A stretch of DNA of 64,000 bases from Proteromonas lacertae (taxonomy: Eukaryota): contig NGBS01000595.1 of the NCBI GenBank assembly GCA_002245135.1, forward strand, positions 62,001-126,000. Reading direction: 5' to 3'. The position numbers and the translations under genes are program-made. The notes beneath the pieces are model-generated. The model made no database searches. It saw only the letters and a program-made list of their open reading frames with translations, and was not told the DNA's origin. This document shows positions 28,059 to 41,235 of the stretch, in pieces (position 1 is the first letter of the stretch; every line of letters starts with the position of its first letter).

Positions 28059-29741
28059 ATGGCTTAGCAATTTCTAAAGTACTGGAAAGGGATCAAGAAC
28101 CTGTTGATACACCTCCTTCTCCTGATGATTTGGCGGAAATTACCTACAATGTTGATAATTCACCTACACCAGATTCAACTCAAATAGAATCTACATCAAT
28201 TAATCATCATAAGAGTCAGTACACTAAAATAAGTCAAAACCAGCTTGATATTCTGAAGATACTATTCAACAAACATGGTCCTTCATTCTCCATTACTAAA
28301 TATTCTGATAAAACAGGCATTAAGCCTTACAGAATAGAGCAATTAATTAAAAAGTTAAAGAAAGGTGTTAGTATAGACAAATCTTCTACAAAGAAAGGAA
28401 GAAAAAGAATATTAACCAAATCAGATTCAGATTTACTGATTAATCAAATCAGAGAAAACAATAGATGTATATTCAACGATATGAAAGAAACTATCAGCAT
28501 TCAAGCCAATAAAAATGTTTCTATTTCCACTATAAGTAGACACTTAAATCATCGAATGAAACCTACCATTACACTAAAAAGATTTACAATACGCCAAATT
28601 CCTGATGAAAGAACATCAGATTTAATAAACGATAGGAAACATGTCGTTTGCGATATGATAAACTTTATTAGATCTGGGAAAAGGCCAGTGTTCGTTGATG
28701 AAACGCACTGGCGTATGGGATTGGTGCATGGTCGTGCTCGTGCACAGTCTGGAATAACACCAATTGTTCATGGTCCATCAGGTTCTACTGAACTTACAGC
28801 AATCGCCTCTATGTCCGATACTGGAATGTTATATAATGTGGTTATATATGGTAATAATTCAAGTGAAATTTTTATGACAATGCTTCAATGGTAATATATT
28901 GTACTATAATACTGCGTACAGCCCCGAACTTAATCCCATAGAAATGATTTTTGATTTATGGAAAACAAGAGCTGTGTTTTTCCCCGTTGAGTACAACTCC
29001 CCGTTGAGCGATTAGAGACTTTAGAAACAAACTAAATGTATATTCTTACTTATTTTGATGAAATATTGTTACTTTTATACTTACTTTGTCATATAACCTA
29101 TGTCTGCAATATGCTTTTTTGATAACTTTAATATTGTATATATGAAACGCATTTATTTTAATTATTTATTTTAATGTTTTATTCATTACTAGAGACTAAA
29201 ATGAATTAACTGAAATGATTAAAATACTTAAATTCTAATTTGAAGACCTTAAAAACCAAAAAATAAAAATAAATTCAAGCCTCACTCAAGCCAACTTTTT
29301 ACATTTCTTTTTTAGACATGTATAAGTAAATGTTCATTACTTCTAATCATTTCAATTAATCAATTTTAGTCTCTAGTAATGAATAAAACATTAAAATAAA
29401 TAATTAAAATAAATGCGTTTCATATATACAATATTAAAGTTATCAAAAAAGCATATTGCAGACATAGGTTATATGACAAAGTAAGTATAAAAGTAACAAT
29501 TTTTCATCATAATAAGTAAGAATATGCATTTAGTTTGTTTCTAAAGTCTCTAATCGCTCAACGGGGAGTTGTACTCAACGGGGAACAACAAGCTGAAACT
29601 ACATCTTTTCTTAACCATGATCAAAAACTTCAAAGGATAACCGATGCTTTTTCTAATATATCAACTAGCGAGTGTTATAAAGATGTTCAACATGTAATCC
29701 ACGATGTCTACAGTATGGTTTTAAGAGATATTGATGTATGA
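28059..29741 (+). pseudogene. IS630/Tc1/mariner-type DDE transposase, internally deleted and interrupted
   Basis: GRKRIL HTH linker, VFVDET, YSPELNPIEMIFDLWKTRA; frame continues ETTSFLNHDQ after removing the 28975-29590 insert. Confidence 0.88.
28975..29590. mobile_element. Non-autonomous foldback element (MITE) with TGT...ACA ends, ~246-bp arms and 5-bp TSD AGCTG; Ginger-like
   Basis: Arms 28975-29220 and 29345-29590 are near-perfect reverse complements; AGCTG at 28970-28974 and 29591-29595. Confidence 0.92.
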
Positions 29742-30549
29742 TTTGTCAGTTTTACATCTTTCCTTTTCTTTTTTTCTTTTCTTTTCTTTTTTGTTTTATT
29801 CTTTTTTTGATTATATTTTGTATTTCTCTTTATTTTTTTTGTTGTACATCTGTCACTATAATAAACGTTCTGAATGTGTTTATGATAAAAGTCTCATTTA
29901 TTATAAGCAAATATTCTTATGAATCTTTGTATTTCTTATTTATAAAGAAAGTCTCAGCTTCGTATGTAAGCTATATGCTAATTCAATTAATTTGATTTCG
30001 AATTATTAATTAACTAAAAGCTTCAAAAAATTCTATGAATTATGTTTAGATGAAATCTCGGTTTAGTTTCTTTATATAGTAACTAATGAATGAGAAATCT
30101 TCAAAAAAGTGCAAACTTTGGCTTATAAATTTTACAACATACATTTAAAGATTTCTCATACAAAAAAGTGCAAATACATGGAATGAAGTAAAGATATTTA
30201 AAAAAATCTAGAGAAAAGAAGGCTTGAAGGCTCGAAATTGTTTTTAGCAAAAAATAAACTGTTTTTTGAGAGCAATCCAGTCCAAGATTAAAGGCTCGAA
30301 GAGCTCGTAGAATATTCTACAAAGCTAGTACATATCCAAAGTATAGATTATATAATAAAATATATGGAACTTTGTAAATGTTTATTTTCAGAGAATCTAA
30401 TGTTTTGCAGTGCAAATGCTTTATATTCTATTATAGAGATTATAAACAATGAAACTGATTCTTTTGGGTGATACTGGTACAATTAAATACTAATATTAAA
30501 GACAAATTCTATAGATAACAAATTTCAATGTAAATGTATTTTATTGGTT

Positions 30550-31863
30550 TAATATTATTATATTGATAAAAATATATATAACTCCGATTGATGTTGTTTT
30601 TAAACCCTAGCTTCATTAAATACATTCACAAATATTGGATGTAATGTTGTAGTTTCTACAATTATTAGATAATGAAATATCCTGAAAAAGAGATTTATTA
30701 ATCTCTTTCTATATCTACATATGTATATTACTATACAATGCCGTTCGAAATAGATTTAAGGGTATTATAAACTTCATAGTTTGTGATAAATCTATTTTGG
30801 TTTGAATGTAATAATTTGCATATACCTTTGTATTTATTACAAAAATTATGTGGAACAATGAAATTTAAAAAAGGTAATGATCTATCTATTTTTCCAAACT
30901 ATATGTTAATATATTATCAAATACTTTCGTAGTGAACCAAGGTCCATAATTCATTCCATGATCTCCAAGCATTATTAGAATTGTATTGTTAAGTATATTA
31001 TGAGTTAATAAGTAGTTCAAATGATTAGAAAAATCTTCATTTGTTCTAAGTAAAGATATTTGTCTTTCCTCATGTGGTTCCATAAAAGTTATATATGAAA
31101 TAAAAGGAATTGACTTGTTATTATAGTATTCTACTGCTTCTGTCAAATAATCTAAATATAATTGATGAAATTGTTTATTTCCCACACATCTAGGTTTGCT
31201 GGCATCCTAATATTATACTATGATTTGATCCTCTATATGATGTGTTACCATATAATTCTGATTTTTTATGACAATCTCCTAATAAATTAATAGAAACATA
31301 ATCACTTTCTTCAAAATCTTCGAAAATGTTTTTTTGTTTCTTTGAAATATCATTAGTTCCATAAAATAATGGTAAATAATTGTGTATCGATCTAGGTCCA
31401 ACAGAATGATATCTAAGCATTTCATAAATGTTACTTCTGGTTTTAAAACGCTTAAGAATATCTATTGTTCTTTTCATTTGTTTTCTAAAAACATATCTTG
31501 ATGCTGCATCAAATTGATATATAATGACAGAATATTTATTATTCTTATTAATTTTTTGCTTTATTGGAATGAAGTGTAAAATATAAAAATTAATACTTTC
31601 AGATATATTTTTTCGAAACTCTATAACTTCTGTTTCGATATATAATTTCTGCATTTTCTATTTTTCATACTATGAATAATTAAATATATACTTTTATCTT
31701 AGCAACTTTTTCTATAAAATTAGTTCTATTATTAAAATTTAAAAAATTAACATAACCACTCTTTTCAAAATATATATTGTTAGTATCTATTTTATAATTA
31801 ATAGCTAATCTGTTATTACATGTTCCATATGTCTTGTTTGGTAAATTCCTGTTTGATCCTATG
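30550..31863 (-). pseudogene. DUF229/alkaline-phosphatase-superfamily gene, 5'-truncated and frameshifted
   Basis: IYQFDAASR, YHSVG..NYLPL, EPHE, NTILIMLGDHG motifs; frameshift near 31190; cut at the TIR beginning 31864. Confidence 0.75.
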
Positions 31864-32010
31864 TGTTGTGCGCCGTTTGTCAGAGTTGGCCATTTGTCTA
31901 CCAGACACTTTCAAAACAAACTAAATACATATTCTTACTTGTCTTGATGAAAAATTGTTACTTTTATACTTACTTTGTCATATAACCTACATCTATGAGT
32001 AACTATTAAT
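31864..32010 (+). repeat. Left terminal inverted repeat of the TGT...ACA (Ginger-like) family
   Basis: TGTTGTGCGCCGTTTGTCAGAGTTGGCC...; inner part closely matches the MITE arm at 29020-29100; reverse complement found at 59520-59669. Confidence 0.88.
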
Positions 32011-32376
32011 TGTCATAATATTGAATAAAAACTATCAAAATATATTCTAGAAATTATGTATATTCCAAATTTTATGTTTTTATTGACATATAATGTCTAG
32101 ATGAGAAGTGTCAGTTACACAGGAATTAAGAATTATTCCCCTTCTGATGTCATTTTTAATTTAAAATTTCATTTTCTTCAACTTTTTTGTTTGTATGTTT
32201 TTTTGATTCAGTCAAAGAGAAAAAATGAATTTCAGCAGACACTTTGAAGAATGTTAAAATATTATATCAAGATATGAAGATATTTCAAAAAAGAAAAATC
32301 AAGCTTGTCATACTTGACAGTTTTTTTTATTTCAGAAAATCAAAATGTAAGTACTATATATTTATATATACATATA

Positions 32377-32409
<33 letters not shown>

Positions 32410-32459
32410 CAAAATACTTACTTTATATTATTTATAAACTGTATATAATACTATCATGT

Positions 32460-35400
32460 ACAGCGAAAGGTATAGAAGCATCATTATTTTATGAACATAA
32501 AATAGATGTAATTGATTTTGGTGATAAATTTATTAACAGATAAGCTGAAAGCGCATTTTAATAGAAAATCGAGGTTTAAGAAGTCAAAGATTAACTAGTC
32601 CCAATTATAGAGTAGAAAAAATAATATATCAAATATACAGCAGAATAGTGTTGATTTAGACTTTAGGAGAAAAAATGTATTAATTAGAAGAAAAAAAGCT
32701 CAAGCTCAAGATTTAGATATTGGTTGAAGCACTCAAATAATATCAATGGATCCTGCTTATTTATCATTAGATATTGGTTGAAGTATCACTTACCAATGAA
32801 GGATCAATTAAACCAAATGTAATATTTACTCCACCAAGGTGAATTAGATATAGAAGAAAGTGTAACAATCGAAGTATCTTATACAAGTTCAACTCTTGGT
32901 GAATTTAGTGATCATTTTGAATTTGCATTAAAAGGAGCAACTAATAATGTGATATTAACAATAAAAGGACATGTAGTTGGTCCAACATTCTTCTTTAATA
33001 AGAATAAACTAGATTTTGGTATTGTAAGTTATGCGTTTTTAAACTCAACTGATTTGATATTAAGAAATACTTCCTCTGTTCCATTTATATTCAATTTACG
33101 AGTTCCTCAAGATGGTAATTACTTAAACAAAGAATTCGAAATAATTCAAGCAGTAGCAACAGTATTACCAGAAGGAGAAGAGAAAATCAAAATCAATTTC
33201 ATATCTCAAACAATAAAAGTATATGATTATTGTTTAGCAATTGATATTGAAAGTGTAGGTGAAGCTTTATTAACAATTCCAATAAGTGCTGAATGTCGAG
33301 TAGCTGAAGTAGAATTATTAGAAGAATCATTGAAATATGGAGATTGTTATTTAAGATATACTTATTATCGAACTTTAACATTAAAGAATAAATCCAATTT
33401 ATATGCTCAATTTGAAAACAGAACAAGATGAAAGAAGTAAATCGATTAGTAGTTATTTCCCTGATCCAGCTAAAGGTGTAATTGGACCAATGGCAACTCA
33501 AATGATTAAAGTTTAATTAAATCCTGAGAAATTAGGTGATATGAGAATTCCATTATATATTCAAATAATTGGCAGTCAATATCCTCCTATTAGTATTAGA
33601 AGCAAATGGACTTGGACCAGTGATAAAGTCAAATTTAAATCATATAAAATTTGGTGATATAACTTGTTTAGATACTCATACAAAAGAATTTACAATAACT
33701 AATCCAACTTCAATTCCAGCTTTTTATAAATTAGATTTTGAACGAGGATTTTATTTTAATACTGATATAGTTGATGGTATATTACAAAGTAAAGAATCTC
33801 AAAAGATAGTAGTTAGTTGCATGTTGGAAGATGTATTAGCTTATAAAGATACAATATACATAGCAGCAACTGAAGGAGATAGTGCAATTCTTCCAGTTAC
33901 AGCTAAATGTATAATAACAACAATATTTTGAGAAGATCCAGTAGATGTAATTAATTTTGGTGATCAATTCACAAACAGAACAATCGAAAGAGTATTTTTA
34001 TTAGAAAATCGAGGTTTAAGAAGTCAAAGATTAACTTGGATAAATCAAACTGCAACAGAAAAAGAAAAATCTTTTAAAGCCAATAAATCAAATATGGAAA
34101 GTGAAATGAATTAAAACCTTATGAAGCTATATTTACAATAACTCACAATGCAATCGAATTAATACCCAATACTGCTTGAAATTTTGTAACATCTGGAAGT
34201 TGTGAAAAACCCTGTGAAGTGATGAAAATGTTTTCTTGTTTGAGGAAATTTGATGGAGAAATAAGAAATAATGAAGCAAAAGAAACCGAAGTAAAAGTGA
34301 AGTTTATGAATCCATTAATTCAATGCTTAGAAGAGAAAATCGAAGTTCAAAGTAAGACAGTTGTATTTAAGAATATATCAACATTGAGTTTAGATGTGAT
34401 AATAAGTATAGCAGCTCCATTATTATTGAGTATGAATGAATTCCATTTAGAACCAAATGAATTAATGAATGTGACAGTGAAATTTGATCCAAATTATAAA
34501 GATGATAAAATCTCATGTAAAATAAATGGAATATTGAATATAAGATATGAAGATCATCCTCAGAAAGATTCAATTCCATGTGTAGCTGATGTTGCCTTTC
34601 CCAATTTATGGTTATCTCAAAATGATTTTGATTTTGAACTGAAAATCGTCGAACAATTCCTTGTCCTTATCATTGGGAATTAGAAATAGATGAAACTGAA
34701 AATCAAACATCTCCAATCAATTAAGTATTTGAAATCACTCCAATTCAAGGTATTTTATAACTAGGTGAATGTGAAGAAATGGAATTGAGATATTCTGGAA
34801 TACCACATGTATTATCAAGAGCATTGGGTAAATGTTATGTAGATGGAGGACCAGTTTATAATATCAAAATGAAAGGTGAAAGTTCAGTCGTATCTTATAG
34901 ATTGGATAAACAGAATATTGATTTTAGTAGAATTCCTTATATGAAAGTAGAAGAAAGAGATTTTCATATATTTAATACAGGTTCAGTAGATTTTCCATTT
35001 AAAATCTCAACTGATAGTGTATCTCGACCTGGTTTAGTTGGTGTTTCACATGTAATGGATTAATTCCATCTCATGATCAACAAAGAATCTCTGTTAAAAT
35101 GAGAGTAGTAATTCCAGATTCAGTAATAGAGAAATTAGTAATAGAAATAGCTCATTATGTTCCAATAGATTTTCTACTTTATATAACAGGTATTTATGCA
35201 AATATCAAAGCGAATGGTGCTGAATACCAGATAATTGGGAATATTACTTAGAAGAAGCTGATAGATTGATTGAATTATCCAATACAGAACATCCATTATC
35301 ATTCCCAGCTTTACCATCACCAATCAAACAACAACCATCTTTACCTAAAGTAGTAGAATCTTCAATAAATGAAAGTAATAATAACACTATTATAAATACT

Positions 35401-37255
35401 GAAGGAGAAGAAGCAAGACAACAACAACAGCCAGAACAACCGGTTGAAGCTGAAAAGCCAATAATTGTAGATGGAGTTCCAGTTAATTCACCAACACATG
35501 GTTAAAAGAATTACCACCAGAACCAAAAATAGAAGGAGAATTAGCACCACCTAGTGAAGAACCAACAATAGCAAATACAAATGCAGAAGAAGAAAAATCT
35601 AAAGAAAAAGAAAAAGATGAAAACAAAAAACAGTATTCTGCAAGAGTAAATAGTCAAAAAACAGTTTCTGTCAGAAGTAAGAATTCGCAACAGAATGATA
35701 ATAAAATACCATCTCAACTTAAAATGATAACAAATACGAACAAATTACCTTCAGGAAAGAATACAACAGGATTACAAATCACAGTTGATAGAGAATTTGA
35801 AGCATTAAGATTATATTATATTAATTTATTATTAGATGAAATAAACAATCAAAATCCTGCTAATTTATGTTTAGCTTGAAAAGAGAAAGAATTAAATGGA
35901 ACATCAATAAATGGTTCAAAAAGTGAAGGAGTAGTTGATAAAACCACAAAAACACCTGAAACTGGTTTAACAAATATCAGTAATAAAACAGGCAAAACAA
36001 CAAAAATGGCGAATAAGAAAATATATAATTTACATTTAGGTGAGTTTCCATTAGCTGATTATGTAGTAGATTTTGGTAATGTAGTTCGAATTGATTGCAA
36101 GACGAAGACATTTACAATAACTAACATAGGTAATTTACCAGTGAATTTCGCAATAGAAAGAAGAACTTTAAAAGAGAGTGGATATACATTAACTCCAGAT
36201 GAAGTGAAAAGATTACCAGAAAGTTCAACAGTGACATTTACAGCTAGTATTACAGCGAAATCTGATTTACCTTATGGAAGATATGATTTAGCAATTCCAA
36301 TCGAAGTACAAGGAGTACCAACTTATTGTATAATATAAAGATTATAATGTAATTCAAACTGAAGTAAGAAATGTAGGTGATAAATTGGCAGTGAAATTAC
36401 CACCACCTGAAGAACCAGAACCAGTAGTAGAAGAAAGATCAGCTTTACCTGATCCAAAGAAAGGAGGAAAAAGAAGTAAATTAATTGATAAGAAAGGAGA
36501 TAAAAACTCATAGAAAGGTAAAAAAGAAAAACCACCACCACCTCCTCCTCCACCATTTGGAGTTGGTTTATTATGTGATATAATCAATAACAATGGTGAA
36601 AGTGATATTGATATAATAATTCAAGAAATCAAAGAAACAGTTCCATTGTTTAATACATATGGAGATTGGAAAGTTCCACCTCCAGTAGTATTCCAATTAG
36701 TTAAGAAGCAAATTCCAAGAAAACTCTTAATACCAACAAGTAATTATAAATTAATAGATGAAAATAATGCCACAAGATGGAAATTAGAACCTGATGAAGA
36801 ATTGCAATTGAAAGTGACATTTGAATAATTAGAAACTGGTAAATTTAACTATTGTTTCCACTTTGAGATAGTTAATAAAGATAAAACGTATGAAGTTCCA
36901 ATCAGTGGTATTTGTGATTATCCAAAAATTAATCAAAATCCGAAAGATATATTTATGAAATCAATAAAACAAAAGAATGAACAACAAATAATAAGTAAGA
37001 GATAAATAAAGAACAAAGGATATTATGAATTTGGTCAATTATTAATAGGCAAAAACATAAATATGAGAGAAAACAATCCATCTTTAAAAGCTAGTAATTG
37101 TGAAACAATTTAATTCAGTAATAATGGAATGTTTTCTGCAACAGTTGATTTGTCAATGAAAAATGATGATGGAATATTCACAATAGAACCAACCCAAATC
37201 GATATTGAAGCAGGTGAAACTCAAACAGTAGATACTGGGGCATCTCCAGTAGAAA
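32460..37255 (+). pseudogene. HYDIN: Hydin (central-pair axonemal protein) pseudogene, N-terminal/central region
   Basis: Successive ASH/PapD-like repeats (KGHVVGPTFFF..LDFGIVSYAF, FNLRVPQDG, EHPQ/DHPQKD, VDGGPVY, YVVDFGNV); many in-frame stops and frameshifts; no introns evident. Confidence 0.88.
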
Positions 37256-37465
37256 ATATTCAATAAACAAAAGTTGAATGAAAAGATAGAAGAATTTTTA
37301 AATACTGAGATGTTATTCAAACTACCCATTACTCCATATCCCATATTTATACAATTTATAAACGTATAAGAGACTTTGTTTATGAAAATTCTAGTATATT
37401 ATGAAGTGATTGATAATTTCAAAGAGAGTTTAATATTATTTCAAAACTTTAAAGATAATTGAAAT
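37256..37465 (+). pseudogene. Axonemal dynein heavy chain remnant (DHC_N2 region, DNAH10-like), left part
   Basis: Translates EEFLNTEMLFKLPITPYP and DNFKESLILFQNFK, resembling inner-arm dynein tail sequence as recalled. Confidence 0.7.
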
Positions 37466-37692
37466 ATAATAATGAAAGAAAGGTGGTTATGTATACCTAT
37501 ACATAACCCCCTATTGATTTTTGATCGTTACATTTTGTTACCCAAAAAAATATTCGTTACATTTTTTCTTTTTTAAATTTTTTATATTATTTAGTAACAA
37601 CCCAGAATACATAACTAATATTGATACATTTTATTACTCAACAAACACACAATCAAATAAAGCAGTTAACTTTTACTTTGAGTATAATTATT

Positions 37693-38247
37693 TTAATGAT
37701 TCTTCTTAACTTTTTTGATTGACTTAACTCCATCGATTTCCAACTTACTATATAATTGTATTCTTGGTGGTATAACTTCTGAAGGGAAGTTATAATATAT
37801 GTTTATAGCTTGCCCAACTGCTTCATCCCATTTGAATATATCATCAACAAGGAATGTATGGAGCTTACTTCTGACTGATGCTGTCTGGTCTCCATAAAAT
37901 TTCATCACATCATGCCATTTGCAACCATTATCTCTAATAAACTCCAATTCTCTCTGAAATGTTAATCTTCTGCAGTATAACAATATCTCTGAACTGAAGC
38001 TGAGAGTACCATATGCTGCCGTGTATATTGAATCTAATTTAATAATACATTCATCCAAATAGTTCTGAAATAACTCTTGTTGTTTAATAGCCATCGCCTT
38101 GTATACACCTCTGGATCCTTTAGCTGCAAATGGTTGGATAATACCTCTAATATCTCTAACTTTTTTAATTAAGCCAGGAACACCATCCACTATCATCTGA
38201 AAATCTCTATGATATAACTCATCATAGGATCTTTGATGTTTAGACAT
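37693..38247 (-). CDS. TIR-encoded 184-aa protein of unknown function (copy 1)
   Basis: Intact ATG-started ORF, identical translation to 57625-58179. Confidence 0.75.
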   Translation of the reverse strand: MSKHQRSYDELYHRDFQMIVDGVPGLIKKVRDIRGIIQPFAAKGSRGVYKAMAIKQQELFQNYLDECIIKLDSIYTAAYGTLSFSSEILLYCRRLTFQRELEFIRDNGCKWHDVMKFYGDQTASVRSKLHTFLVDDIFKWDEAVGQAINIYYNFPSEVIPPRIQLYSKLEIDGVKSIKKVKKNH

Positions 38248-38547
38248 GTTAATATTGAAAATTAATGATAGAGAGTGAAACGGATATATTTTTTATTTTC
38301 TTGAAACCTAATTGGATGACTCCTATACGTGTTCCAATATGATTGGTCAAAACATATATCTTTATCAACTAACCAATTAATTGATATAAAATAAAAAAAA
38401 TATTCGTTTCACAAGATATTATGATTACTCCTAAAACTTACGTATTAATGGATTTATTAGTGGTACAGATCACATCAAGTGCCTGTACTATACTCATAAT
38501 ACCTCCTGAGACAAATAAGAAGCTTTTAGAAGAAAATATCAAAAATC

Positions 38548-39243
38548 ATGTTGTGTGGTCCAGACTATACTATCAATGAACCTCATTTACAAGTCAATGA
38601 GGATAAGAAGGAATGGAAGGTAATATTTCCTCAGTGCTTTAGACCACATGTTAGAACAAGTCTAGGTGATCCTTGGGTACAGAAGTATGTCAGCTGGGAT
38701 GATTTTAGAGAAGATGTAGAGTATGAAGAATTCATGTGTAAGAAATATAAAATCAAAAAGGAGGATCATTTTGACATTCCGAAGATGGATCCAGGTATGG
38801 AAGAATTTGTATGCAATCCTATGGGAAACCATGTTGGAAATATAAAAGATGTGGTCTTTGACAGCAAAATTGGTTATATGGTCTACAAGTGTAAGAATGA
38901 TAATTCAGAACCTCTATACCAATTAACATATCCTGAAGATGATAAAATTGAAGGAATACAATGCTACCTGAAGATATGTCCTGAAAGTAATAATTTTTTA
39001 ATGGATAACAATGCAAGAATCACAATACTTGGACCTCAGTTTCATTTAAAGAATCCATTATTTCAGATATGCAAAGAGCACAGTTCTTATGAGATTATAC
39101 TTCCAAGAGCTCCAGTTGTCTTAGATACAACATTACCTTACAATTGGGTTCAACAGCATATCAAAATATGTTGGGAGCCTAGCAAAAGCCATTTGATTGA
39201 AGATTTAATTGCTAAAGGTATTATAGTGGATCCTTGTGCATAA
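38548..39243 (+). CDS. TIR-encoded 231-aa protein of unknown function with internal repeat (copy 1)
   Basis: Intact ORF, identical translation to 56629-57324. Confidence 0.75.
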   Translation: MLCGPDYTINEPHLQVNEDKKEWKVIFPQCFRPHVRTSLGDPWVQKYVSWDDFREDVEYEEFMCKKYKIKKEDHFDIPKMDPGMEEFVCNPMGNHVGNIKDVVFDSKIGYMVYKCKNDNSEPLYQLTYPEDDKIEGIQCYLKICPESNNFLMDNNARITILGPQFHLKNPLFQICKEHSSYEIILPRAPVVLDTTLPYNWVQQHIKICWEPSKSHLIEDLIAKGIIVDPCA

Positions 39244-39869
39244 ACATGAGAGAAGTAAAATTATATCCGTTTCAGGATCAAAATATTTTTTGGGTTTATA
39301 TATTTGAAATTTTGTCGTTATGCTTCTAATCTAATTTGCAAAAAATGCTCAATTACATTATTATCTATTGAAAACATCACCAATCTTTTCGTAATATTAT
39401 GATGGACTCATATCTAAATAGATTTCAAAATAAACTAAAAATATCGATACATATATCATGATTTCCATATGGTGTGATATAACACAATAGAGTTCAAGCC
39501 AAATCACTTTTGTAACGAATCTATTTTTTCAATTATTAAAATTTCTTATAAGACGTATATTGCTTATCTATATAATGCTAATTAATTATGTATATCATAA
39601 ACACAACACCCTACACAAACACAATCAATCATTTGAACCAATTAGGACCAGAGATTAATAATGGAAGCGGACAGTACTCATCATCATCTTCCTCTGTGCT
39701 CACATCTTCCATTTTTTTTGTTTGATTTCTTTCTTTGAATTGTTCTCTTCTTTTTGAATTTAGGAGTAGTTGAAGTAGTGCACTTTCTTTTTGTAGATAC
39801 TATTTTCAGCTAGGTTTTTAAACAATGATACTGAGATTCCTTCAAATATCTTTACCCATTGATTTAGGA

Positions 39870-40594
39870 ATTTACATGTCATACGTAACTGCACTATCTA
39901 AACCAGTACTAACTTTATCTAATAACAATACTCGACTTGGACCTAATAAAGATTCACCTAATGTAACTCTTTTCTTTTCACCTCCACTACTACTGTATTT
40001 TCACAGATATTCAATCCCAACTTTTCTATCAACAGTTTGGTTTTATTACTCACATCAAATTCTAATCTGTAATGGCCTGTTTTTAATAAATTACCTTTAC
40101 CATTCAAACAATGAACTGAAAAGTCTAATGTTTGTTTCACAGTCAAATTGCCTAATTGAATGTCATTTTGACCACAGAAACTACACAATTTCTTCCAGTT
40201 CAAACTCTCGATTGGCTTACCATCACATTTCACACTTCCTGTATGTTTACTGGATGGAATATAACCTGCCAATGCCTTTAAGAACGATGTAGTACCAGAA
40301 GAAGGAGTGATAAGTCACATCCTTAAGAACCACTTGATTTTTCTTACTTGATAAACCTAATCCATCCACTACTTGACTGTAAACTCCAGTAACAATGTTT
40401 GGAATATCATTATACTCTCTTTTCTTCTTCTTTACCTCATAGGTGTAGTTTTTAATAACAATATCAACTTTTGGTAAGTCTGATAAAAATATCTTTAACT
40501 CCCTTGCATATTTCACATACTCTGATTTTTCTATATTTTCGTCATCTGTTATACATACACTAACTGGTAGATGATTAACATTACTCATTATCAA
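39870..40594 (-). pseudogene. ABCG/PDR transporter N-terminal fragment (cargo)
   Basis: SGTTSFLKALAG, GQNDIQLGNLTVKQTLDF, LGLNICENTVV, SGGEKKRVTLGE, LLLDKVSTGLDS; frameshifted and truncated. Confidence 0.85.
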
Positions 40595-41235
40595 TTCAGT
40601 TAATGTATTGGGTGTTTTTTATTTTACTATCTCCTGTATAATATATAGTTTAACATACATATAATTAATCACATTATTACTTTCTATTATAATCACTTCA
40701 TCCTGAAAGAAAAAATAATAAAAATATTTTAGAGTTTTGTTGTAAAAATTATAATTCCCCTATATAATTCCAACATAAATGGCACAAACCAAATCCATTA
40801 GCAAAATCACTAAAACTAATTATACTCCAAAAATTATATTAGTAAACGTTTGAGAACTATGAATAAAGGTAATAAAGTACAAATATCCTGTAAATACACC
40901 AATATTCCATAACTACATTAGCTTATTGCACTTTTTTAGCTTAAATTTAAACAGATGTACTTCCAAATTACCAATCTCAACTATTTAATAGTCTAATAGT
41001 GTATTACAAAATAATTTAGATGTTCCAATTCTCTAGGTTATAACATTGTGAATTAAGAATTGATTTAACTGCTTAAAATACTTCATGTTATTTAAACGCT
41101 TTAAGGTTAAGTTTTTTTTCAATGTTAAATCTACTTTACCATTACTTCAATATTTCTTAATTTAAGAATTTTCTGAAAAATTCTCAAACTTATGTTAGGT
41201 TTGAGTTGTTATAATTAAGCCTATTATTAAAATTA

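Larger units (their letters stand above)
37466..39305 (+). repeat. Left TIR of Polinton (1,840 bp)
   Basis: Reverse complement of 56567-58406; coordinate sums identical at both ends (95872), so no net indel. Confidence 0.97.

Noticed and set aside
32460..37255. Stop-codon reassignment as explanation for in-frame stops in Hydin and Polinton genes
   Set aside because: All three stops terminate intact host genes here, and the broken genes also have frameshifts and deletions
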